From the NCBI GenBank assembly GCA_964016885.1, contig OZ024748.1, positions 49,786,001-49,850,000 on the forward strand: DNA of 64,000 nt, read 5' to 3'. The first letter of the stretch is position 1. Each line of letters starts with the position of its first letter. This document shows, piece by piece, positions 51,651 through 64,000 of this stretch. Position numbers and translations under genes: made by a program. Source of the stretch: Eledone cirrhosa (Eukaryota). Under the pieces are notes generated by a model. It saw nothing but the letters and a program-made list of their open reading frames with translations. It did not search any database and was not told the DNA's origin.

Positions 51651-52009
51651 CATCCCAAATATATATATATATATGTATGTATATGATTAGATTGTAAATT
51701 TGTATGTGCGTGTATGTGTGGTGTATACAGACACACAGAAACACATACAAACAAACATACAATGTAATTACATATCTAAACCTACATTCTATCCTCCATA
51801 GCCCCAAACGTATAATATCTGATCTTCTTGTGCATGGATTTATTATACTGGATTTCCCTGTTATAAAACAGTTGTTCTCTTCCATAGCTAACACGTCATG
51901 TCCACGGAAAGACCGAAATGCTACCTTTATAACTATTGCATGTGAATGTTCTCTGCCAGAACTCTTGTAGCAGGCGAAGGTGATAATTCTATAATATACA
52001 CATATGCTC

Positions 52010-53340
<1,331 letters not shown>

Positions 53341-53341
53341 C

Positions 53342-53404
<63 letters not shown>

Positions 53405-53407
<3 letters not shown>

Positions 53408-53511
53408 TTAAATTGCATTTGTGATAACATTTTACACGTTTTTATTGTATGTAAACTTCTCCCTTTGTATTTGTCCCCTTCTTTTGTGCCCCTGTGGCTA
53501 ATAAAGAAACA

Positions 53512-53512
<1 letters not shown>
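53405..53512 (+). mobile_element. Very short Tx1-like 3' UTR fragment in (TATC)n
   Basis: tgtaaact..ccctttgta..tgtccc..gcccctgtggctaataaagaaac, homologous to the other Tx1 3' ends; (TATC)n on both flanks. Confidence 0.8.
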
Positions 53513-53574
<62 letters not shown>

Positions 53575-54129
53575 TTATCTATCTAATGTATCTTATGTGT
53601 CTCTGAGTCAATCTATCTGTCTATCTTTCCCGACACAATCTATTAAAACGTAGCAATACATGTAATTGTTGATTTTCAGCCCCAGGCCACCCTTGCTTGT
53701 TAAACCTATGAGAAAAAAAGTGTTCCAGCCATGACCATCTGGCTAACCTCCCTTCCGCACGGGACATCAATCAATAGTATTTTCCTTTTCAAAATTGAAA
53801 AATATCATTTGTGTGTAACTTTGCTTGTATTTCTAGCAAATGGCTAGAAAACGTATTTGTTTCTCCTCTTTATTTAATTGATTATTCTTTTCGGTTGATG
53901 ACATTTTAGTTATTTACAGTGAAGAGAGAGAGAGGTTCTTCTGACACCATTCTTGAGATTGAAGCATTTTTTTAACTGTAGAAATTGCCGAAATTTGGGA
54001 AATAGCTATTGTTACTTAACACCAAACGTAACTTGATTGAGCGGACATATGACAAAAGGTGTGTAAGTTTTGAACACACCGTTCAAGTAGTATGCGACTT
54101 ATCTGCCGCTTGTTACGTTGTTGAATAAT

Positions 54130-54162
<33 letters not shown>

Positions 54163-54177
54163 AAGAAGAAGAAGAAG

Positions 54178-54208
<31 letters not shown>

Positions 54209-54827
54209 TTCGTAAAGATCAGCAAGAGTATCTACCATTATGAGTTTGTGAAACAATGACGTCACCTATTCTGTCGCTTAATGTCAACATATGTGACTAT
54301 ATATATAGATGTAAAAATGTATATATAAATGATGTGTGGATGTTGTGACACGGTGATGTCTATGTTAATGTATATATATATATGCATATATATATATATA
54401 TATTACTGTATATATGATGTGTGGATGATGGTGACACTGTCATGTCTATTTAAGTGGTTCACTTCTGAACTTCACATTATTTTTCTCATCAAACTTTTAC
54501 AACTTAATTTATTTAGTTTTATTACATACGTAGTTGACAGACGCACGCACACTTACATATACACAAACACATACACTGACACGCATATATATATATATAT
54601 ATATATAAATACACTCACTCAAAACGCAATCACATCCCCATACGCACACACACACACAAACACACACACACACACTCATAGAAACAAACTTGCGCGCTCA
54701 CACACAACAAAAACGCATTCACCCACCGAAAGAGAGGCATATTCGTACACACAGAAACACAGACACACGTATGCACGACAAACCCTGACACAAACACACA
54801 TAAACACACACACACACGCACACACAG

Positions 54828-54873
<46 letters not shown>

Positions 54874-54989
54874 GAACATAGAGATTTGCTTGGCAGCAAA
54901 ATAGCAGGGTATTAGTGAAAGTTCTTGAAGCAATTAAATACAACGTATGCTTATTAAAATAATTGGTGGAGATTGAAGGATAAAGAAAG

Positions 54990-55012
54990 ACCTGAACATC
55001 AACAACAACATT

Positions 55013-55046
<34 letters not shown>

Positions 55047-55375
55047 ACAATAACAACAACAACAATAACGATAACAACAACAAAAATAACAACGGCAATA
55101 ATGATAACAAGTGTAACAAAAAGCAAATTCAGCAGAAACAATAGCACAGCAGGAACAACAAAAACACCACCACCATCACCACGACCACACCCACCACCGC
55201 CACCACCATCACAGTCACCACCACCACCACCACCACCACCACCACCACAGTCACCACAACCACCATCATCACCACCACCACCATCACCATCACCACCACC
55301 ATCACCACCACCAGCACCAGCACCACCACCAGCACCAGCACCACCACAATTACCACCAGCACCAGCACCAGCACC

Positions 55376-55406
<31 letters not shown>

Positions 55407-55614
55407 GCAGCAGCAGCACCACCACCACCACTAGCACCAGCACCACCACCAGCATCACCATCGCAACCACCATCACCATCACCACCAGCATAACCACCAT
55501 CACCACAATCAGCAACACCACCACCATCACCACCACCAGCCCACCGCCACCAGCATCACCACCAGCAGCATCACCACCACCAGCACCACCAGCACCACCA
55601 CCACGACCACCACC

Positions 55615-55645
<31 letters not shown>

Positions 55646-55758
55646 CGACCACCACCACCAGCACCAGCACCAGCACCACCACCACCACGACCACCACCAC
55701 CACCACCAGCACCACCACCACCACCACCACGACCACCACCACCAGCACCAGCACCAGC

Positions 55759-55789
<31 letters not shown>

Positions 55790-55818
55790 CGACCACCACC
55801 ACCAGCACCAGCACCAGC

Positions 55819-55849
<31 letters not shown>

Positions 55850-55905
55850 CCACCACGACCACCACCACCACGACCACCACCACCAGCACCAGCACCAGCA
55901 CCAGC

Positions 55906-55936
<31 letters not shown>

Positions 55937-58510
55937 CCACCACGACCACCACCACCAGCACCAGCACCAGCACCACCACCACCACCACCACCACAACCAC
56001 CACCACCACCACCACCACCACCACCACAACCAGCACCACCACAACCACCAGCACCAGCACTACCACCACCATCACCTCCAACACCACCACCACCACCACC
56101 ACAACCAGCACCACCACGACCACCACCACCACCACCAGCACCACCACAGCCACCACCACCACCAATAAGAGCAATTACAGTAACAAAAACAACCACAGCA
56201 GAAACAGCAGCAACAACGACACAAGTGACAACAACAACAACAGCAATAGTACCATCAACAACAACAACAACATGTGCGAGATGTGAAAGTAGGTATAAAA
56301 TATAAGAAAAAAGAACAAAAAATGACAAAAAACACGGCAATATCTACAACGATGTTGATGATGATGATGGTGGTGGTGGTGGTGATGATGGTGGTGGTGG
56401 TGATGGTGGTGGTGGTGGTGGTGTTGGTGGTGGTGGTGGTGGTGATGATGATGGGGGTGGTGGTGATAGTGGTGTTGGTGTTGGTGTTGGTGTTGGTGGT
56501 GGTGGTGGTGATGATGGTGGTGGTGGTGATGGTGGTGGTGGTGTTGGTGGTGGTGATGGTGGTGGTGTTGGTGGTGGTGTTGGTGGTGGTGGTGATGATG
56601 ATGATGGTGGTGGTGGTGATGGTGTTGATGGTGGTGTTGATGGTGGTGGTGTTGGTGATTGTGGTGATGGTGGTGTTGATGGTGTTGATGGTGGTGGTGG
56701 TGGTGGTGATGGTGATGGTGGTGGTGATGGTGGTGATGCTGATGGTGTTGATGATGTTGGTGTCGGTGATTGAGGTGATGGTGGTAGTGGTGGTGGTGGT
56801 GGTGATGGTGATGGTGATGGTGGTGGTGATGGTGGTGGTGGTGATGATGATGGTGGTGATGATGATGGTGGTGATGGTGGTGATGGTGGTGGCGATGTTG
56901 GTGGTGGTGGCGGTGGTGGTGGTGATGATGATGATGGTGGTGGTGGTGATGGTGTTGATGGTGGTGTTGATGGTGGTGGTGTTGGTGATTGTGGTGATGG
57001 TGGTGTTGATGGTGTTGATGGTGGTGGTGGTGGTGGTGATGGTGATGGTGGTGGTGATGGTGGTGGTGGTGATGGTGTTGATGATGTTGGTGTCGGTGAT
57101 TGAGGTGATGGTGGTAGTGGTGGCGGTGGTGGTGATGGTGATGGTGATGGTGGTGGTGATGGTGGTGGTGGTGAATGGTGGTGGGGTTGATGATGGTGGT
57201 GGTGGTGATGGTGATGGTGATGGTGATGGTGGCGGTGTTGGTGATGGTGGTGGTGGAAGTGGTGGTGGTCATGCTGGTGGTAGTGGTGGAAGTGGTGGTG
57301 GGAGTGGTGGTGGTGATGTTGGTGATGGTGGTGGTGGTGATGGTGGTGGTGGTGGTGGTGATGTTGGTGATGGTGGTGGTGGTGGTGGTGGTGGTGGTGC
57401 AGAAGAAACTGTAATTTGTTCGTCGAATTCGAATATCGTTTGGAATTGCCACCCCAGGGGCAGTCAAGTGTTAATTTGTGGCGCCGTATTATCTACCGTT
57501 GCTTCCTACTCACACCACCACCTCCACCTCCACCACTACCTTCACCACTACCTTCACCACCGCCACCACCATCACTGTCACATCACCACCGTCACCTCCA
57601 CCACTACCTTCACCACCTCCACCACTACCTTCACCACCGCCACCACCATCACTGTCACATCACCACCGCCACCTCCACCACTACCTTCACCATCGCCACC
57701 ACCATCACTATCACCATCACCACCGTCACCTCCACCACTACCTTCACCATCGCCACCACCAACACTGTCACATCACCACCGCCACCTCCACCACTACCTT
57801 CACCTTCGCCACCACCACCTCCACCACTACCTTCGCCTTCACCATCGCCACCACCATCACTGTCACATCACCACCACCACCGCCACCTCCACCACCACCT
57901 TCACCATCACCACCACCACCTCCACCACTACCTTCACCATCGCCACCACCATCACTGTCACATCACCACCACCACCGCCACCTCCACCACCACCTTCACC
58001 ATCACCACCACCACCTCCACCACTACCTTCACCATCGCCACCACCATCACTGTCACCATCACCACCGCCACCTCCACCACCACAATTACCACCAGCACCA
58101 TCGCCACCACCATCACCACCACCACCACCACCGCCACCACCACTACCATCACCATCACCATCACCACCACCATCACCATCACTACCACAACCTTCACCAC
58201 CACCTTCACTACCTTCACCAGTAGCAGCAGCAGCACCCCCACCCCACCAATACCACCATCAGCACCACCACCACCATCACCACCACCACCACCACCACCA
58301 CCACCACCACCACCACCACCACCACCACCACCACCACCACCACCACCACCACCACCACCACCACCACCACCACCACCACCACCATCACCACCACCACCAC
58401 CACCACCACCACCACCACCACCACCACCACCACCACTACCACCACCACCACCACCACCATCACCACCACCACCACCACCACCACCACCACCACCACCACC
58501 ACCACCATCA
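54990..58510. repeat. Three large cryptic trinucleotide blocks with alternating polarity: (ACC)-rich 54990-56270, (GGT)-rich 56350-57400, (CAC)-rich 57510-58510
   Basis: Direct reading; explains the poly-P/H/G/V/W ORFs. Confidence 0.9.
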
Positions 58511-58800
58511 TTATACCTACGCGTCATTATACCTTAACAAAAATATAAACATACACACGTGTACAAACACACACATACATACAAACAAATACACTCACAC
58601 ATCTCAATATGCGACTCTACTTATATATATGCAGACGTGCATATACATAGATACACATAAACAGGCACTTAAAACTACATATATGATTATATATACAATA
58701 TATACATACACATGTATATATATATATATGTATATATATGTATATGAATATATATATATGTGTACATACACATGCATATATATGTATGTATATGTATATA

Positions 58801-58862
<62 letters not shown>

Positions 58863-58906
58863 ATTAGAATTTGATATATAGAGAGAGAGAAAATTACAGA
58901 ATTTTA

Positions 58907-58988
<82 letters not shown>

Positions 58989-59017
58989 TAATTAGAATTT
59001 GATATATATATACATAT

Positions 59018-59107
<90 letters not shown>

Positions 59108-59164
59108 CTGTAATTTTCTCTCTCTCTCTCGCACACACACGTACCGCATACATACATCTAAAAT

Positions 59165-59215
<51 letters not shown>

Positions 59216-59652
59216 GGCATTAGACTGTTCAATCAATAAATTTAGCCTCACACCAATGAAGATAATATGTCGAGATCTTTTTAAGTAATTGTGAAATTGT
59301 ATGAAGAAAATATGCCAGAGGTCAGAGAAAGAATTAAAAATACACAAATCATGATTGTTTTCTTTGTCTTCCTATTATATGTTGTAGCGGCCATTATCAT
59401 AAACATTCTCATCGCCGTTCCTTTTTAACTCAGTTCTTTCTCCATTGCTTACGACGTAAGCATGAAATTAACAGGAAAATAACAAACACAAAAAAACAAA
59501 AAAAACAAACAAAAAAAAAAACACGAGGGAGTGTGTAAGTGATCATTTGATCTGGTAGAAATAGCAGTCAAATCATCTTTTCTCGTCTTAGAAAAGTTAT
59601 TGGAATGTCATATGGTTTATAGGCTTGCTTGGTCTCATGGCTGACTTGTAGC

Positions 59653-59683
<31 letters not shown>

Positions 59684-60149
59684 TAAAACATGATGGTTTC
59701 ACGAGAGAATGATAAAGCGGTCTTTGCATGATCGACCAGCTTGCTAGAAACAACAGCTAAATCTCGCCCAAATCGCACCCGGCAGGTGCGAGAGAGAGAC
59801 CTTATTCGAGCCTGAGCGAGAAGCTAACGACCTTTTCTTGCCTTGAATGCTACAAAAAAAGCGTCGAAACAAGACCAGAAATTGATAGCCATGGAGATAT
59901 CGATGTGCTGCACATAACTATGATCGATTTAATCTACTTTACTCTCTCTCTCAAAATATTTGGTCTTTTGTCTCTATAAGTAATCTTAATGACTGCCTTG
60001 TATAATATTTTTGAAATAGTTACTGTGTTGCTAAAGCTTAAGTAAATTTATTCCAAATGCTACCACCATAAATTAAACTTAAGGGTCAGTCTGACTTGTG
60101 GTCCCGATTGACAGATGGAAAAGACGTTGCTCTCTAGATGGAAAAGACG

Positions 60150-60315
60150 TTGCTCTCTAGACGTTGCTCTCTGGAACAGCTACTCCACCTCGCGGGGCTC
60201 GCACTTGCGTGTAGCCAACTCCACTACGATAGAAGTGATTTGGGATGTGGTCCTGTGGCCCAAAACGCCGGAAATCTTCACTGCCACAGGCTCAACCACC
60301 CACCCGTCATAGAGC
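60150..60315 (-). mobile_element. CRE-like RLE retrotransposon C-terminal fragment
   Basis: EPVAVKISGVLGHRTT..ELATRKCEPREVE*LFQR, same family as 27262-27440. Confidence 0.65.
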
Positions 60316-60441
60316 AGCCGATACTTTGTTTATATAGTTTGGGATCAATATTTAGTGTTAGAAATACGAATCTATTTACTACGATCAAGGAGATACAAGT
60401 TCATATCATGTCTTTATAGCCAACAATATTGACATATACGT

Positions 60442-60625
60442 GGCGGTGGATTGGCAGTATCGGTAGAGGGTCGGACGCCATGCTTTCCAGCATAGTTACG
60501 TCCCTTTACGATCTGAGTTCAAATCCCGCCGAGGTTGACTTTGCCTTTCATCCTTACGGGGTCGATAAAATAAAGTACCAGTAATGAACTGGGTAATTGC
60601 TGGCCTTGTGCCTAAAGTAGAAACA
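60442..60625 (+). mobile_element. Full-length SINE family 1 copy with 17-bp TSD
   Basis: TSD aatattgacat(a/t)tacgt at 60425-60441 and 60626-60642. Confidence 0.92.
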
Positions 60626-60644
60626 AATATTGACATTTACGTAA

Positions 60645-61070
60645 TGTTGACAAAAGGCCAGCAAACGTTTGGAGAAAGGACAAAGTTGATTAAATCAAGC
60701 CCAGTTCTTGACGATTCGATTGAGACCCCATTGCATTACTAGTACTTTATTTTATCGACCCTGGGAGGCAAAGTTGACCTTGGTGGGATTTGAACTCAGA
60801 AATAAAGATCCAAAACAAATACTGCAATAACATTTTGTCTGACGCTCTACCAATTCTGCCAATCTATCACATAATGGTTTATGATTTAGGAACAATGGCC
60901 AACAATTGTGGGGAACGGGAAAGTCAATTAAATCTACCCCAGGGTTACTGGCAGTAAATTTTAGTCGACCCTGTAAGGATGAAAGGCAATGCTAACTTCG
61001 ACGGGTTTGGAACTCAGAAGTGAAGGGACGTAACTGTATGACACAAAGAATGTAGTCCAACGCTCTACAA
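60645..61070 (-). mobile_element. Two diverged SINE family 1 copies
   Basis: Two repeats of ..ggcca..aaaggcaa..gaactcagaa..acgctctac. Confidence 0.78.
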
Positions 61071-61370
61071 CATTCGCGAGAAAAAAAGACTGCCAATTTT
61101 CAATTTTAGATTATAATTTCGCGTAAGATGTGATTTATGTCAGGTAGGTGGCTTAGTGGTTAGGATAGATTCAGAATCATAAGATTGTGAGTTCAATTCC
61201 CACCGCAAAAAAAGTATTTTTACCTGTAATTCAAAATACAGAATTTCATGAAATTATCGTAGAATAGAATAATTTTCACAAAATACTTCTAGGGGCAATG
61301 TTATAGAGTGCAGTATAACTTACAGCAAAAGACTTTGTCTTCCACAATACATTGCTGGCAATATAACATA

Positions 61371-61400
<30 letters not shown>

Positions 61401-61407
<7 letters not shown>

Positions 61408-61568
61408 TGGGATTCTACAGGACTAGAACTGTTTCATTCATTAGAAATCATCTAATGAATGAAACAGTTCTAGTCCTGTAGAATCTCATCTATATTAAAA
61501 CTTTTATACTCTGCAATGTATTGAGTACCTTACTTACTGTGGTTACCTCCGATTCAACCCGGAATAAC

Positions 61569-61570
<2 letters not shown>
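61401..61570 (+). mobile_element. Fold-back repeat family B copy (palindrome 61401-61495) between (TA)n tracts
   Basis: Homologous to 13619-13818 but with a different turn point, inside the CTGATGA/stem II region. Confidence 0.78.
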
Positions 61571-61608
<38 letters not shown>

Positions 61609-61614
61609 AGTCTG

Positions 61615-61660
<46 letters not shown>

Positions 61661-61817
61661 CATATATATATGTGTGTGTGTATGTTTGTGTGTATTTGTG
61701 TGTGTGTGTGTGTGTGTGTTTAATTATACGATATTGAAAATTATATGTACGTAAACACTAATTTGAGACAAAAAAAAAAGAAAAAAGAGGAACTCTACTG
61801 GAAACATGCAGAGAAAT

Positions 61818-61878
<61 letters not shown>

Positions 61879-62375
61879 CACACATACACACATACATATA
61901 TACATGTATGTATGTATGTATGTATATATATATACACTGCTGAGTGTCTTCTTTAGTAACAAATTGACGTAGGAAGACATGCAGAGACACAATTAATTGT
62001 TGTAAAGTTTCAGTGTTAAAATTAAGTGTAGATTCTCGTTAAGATCAAACGAATTAGAAATGCTCATTGCAGACTCTTTATTTTATATTCTATGCCTTCT
62101 TCTCTAGCTTTCATCTCTTAGTTTCTTTCATTTCTTCTACCTGCGTACATACCTTTCTACCTACCTAACCCCCTCCCTATCTACCTACCTACCTCTATTT
62201 CTCCCTACCTACCACCCTACCTACCTCCCTCCTTACCTACCTACACATCTACCTAATTATCTATTTATCTATCTATCTGTCTATGCTTATATATTTCCTG
62301 TTATTCTCTTCCATTCTCTACTTTGTTTATACACACATACACACCTTTACTCATATACATAAACATATATGTATG

Positions 62376-62440
<65 letters not shown>

Positions 62441-62726
62441 GTATGCATGTATATATAAACCTTTGGTTGACCTACGAGGTATCGCGAAATTTGAAGCCGT
62501 CACAATGCAGATAACTACAATAATCAATGATAACTATAAAACTACAAAGAATAGCCGAATAAATCGGGTAATTTAACCCGTGGAGACAGAAAAAAGTGGT
62601 GAGTTACGCGTGTGTGGAATTTATATATCTAACTACAATTGTAACTGAAGTTTAGTTAAAGTATGAAGCAGGTTTCGCCTTCTTTGAAATACGGTACTTG
62701 CCTCGTATGGGGTCAAGTTAATCAAC

Positions 62727-62760
<34 letters not shown>

Positions 62761-63377
62761 AAGAAAACGGTATATATCATTTGAGAAATACATAGTAGTT
62801 TGTACACATATATAGGGCAAACTATGAGTAGGAAAATATACAAACTTAAAGGTGGCAATAATTATATATATCCTCATACGGCCGATTCATAAATCCAAAA
62901 ATTACGCATCGGTACCTTACATAGTATATAACTTCTCTAAATTTTATTACATTTTTTGAGTTGCATTAATGGGGGCAGGTTAGGGTTAGGGTCCTTTAGC
63001 ATTTACAACGTCTTATTCTCTTTATATCTGTCCTGCCTGTTAAATATTGTTTTGACACCATGTGGAGGTGATTTATAATTCTTCCTCTGGACAGATATAT
63101 AGTATTTTGTACAGTGTGAGACATGTACTAAAACAACCCCCACTGATGCGTAAATTCTGGTCTTTGATCGTTTACCAAAATCGATAGTTGGTAATCGATT
63201 ATCAATTACTTAGATCGATGGTTTGCTTCGTTCTTTGGATTTATAAAACGGCCATATGAGGAGGTACAGAATTATTGGCACCTGTATATTTCTCTACATA
63301 TTGTTTATTCTATACATGTGTACGATTTATATATATATATATATGTGTTTGTATATATATATATATATATATATAAA

Positions 63378-63570
63378 AAGGATCGATCGACTTTCGTCAA
63401 ATCGGACCGAGGAAACAATGTTTCCGTTGGTCTTTCCAATTGCTAATACTATCTATCGGTCGCAACTCCAGGTAGAAGGAGCAACGTGAAATAAAGTGTC
63501 TTGCTCAAGGACATAACGCATCGCCTGGTCCAAGAATCGAACTCACAACCTCACCATTGCGACTCCAATT
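63378..63570 (-). mobile_element. SINE family 2 copy in (TA)n
   Basis: Reverse complement of 28280-28471 with few differences. Confidence 0.85.
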
Positions 63571-63795
63571 CATATATATATATATAATATATAGCTTTAA
63601 AGGTAAAGAATGGTAGAACACACAAGAGAACGTAGAAGACAAAGAAGGAAAGTTTGGCAGCTATTTATTGTAAACTTTTCGAATCAAACGATAACGATTT
63701 CAAATCCATTATGTCGGGTTGATTTTCGCTAAGGCTTTATTTTCTAACTTTCCTACTTTGTTTTCTACGTTCTCTTGTTTCTCTTGTGTGTTCTA

Positions 63796-63831
<36 letters not shown>

Positions 63832-63909
63832 ATATGTAAGTATGCATACGTGCACACATATATATATATACACATATATATGTACGTATGGATTATATCG
63901 AATATTAAT

Positions 63910-64000
63910 AATGGTTCCTTATATAGGCACAAGGTCAGCAATTTTGGGAGAGGGGGGAAAGTCTATTAAATCGACCCCAGTGCGTTAACCTCGGCGGGAT
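63910..64000 (-). mobile_element. SINE family 1 3' fragment at window edge
   Basis: ggcacaaggtcagcaatt..aaatcgaccccagtg..gttaacctcggcgggat. Confidence 0.75.

Noticed and set aside
55101-58874. Poly-P/G/H/V/W ORFs including the 866-aa ORF
   Set aside because: Triplet repeats open in most frames on both strands; no domain or splice evidence.
62979-62990. Two TTAGGG units
   Set aside because: Too short to call an interstitial telomeric repeat.

Overview
A eukaryotic, AT-rich, repeat-saturated window with no confidently identifiable host protein-coding gene. The extreme (TA)n/(CA)n/(TATG)n/(AAT)n/(TATC)n content and the SINE repertoire suggest an octopus-like cephalopod genome (inference). The main feature is an apparently intact ~6.0 kb Tx1/L1-clade LINE (42058-48084, minus strand; ORF1 with a CCHC knuckle; ORF2 APE-RT-CCHC) lying in an (AAT)n tract. 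It belongs to a cluster that also holds two R4/Dong-like RLE elements, a truncated sister copy and SINEs. A related Tx1 family sits in (TATC)n, and one of its copies has a 5' inversion. All Tx1 3' ends and the dominant tRNA-derived SINE share a small covarying stem-loop just before AGAAA, which suggests a Tx1-driven SINE/LINE pair. Several non-coding repeat families flanked by (TA)n carry minimal type-I hammerhead ribozyme motifs. These include a ~430-bp tandem retrozyme-like unit and fold-back palindromic ends of the Penelope type, and a decayed Penelope-type GIY-YIG ORF lies nearby. Remnants of pogo/Tigger, mariner, RTE and CRE-like elements are also present. Most ORFs in the supplied track are microsatellite artefacts. 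All structural and family calls were made by eye, with no database searches.
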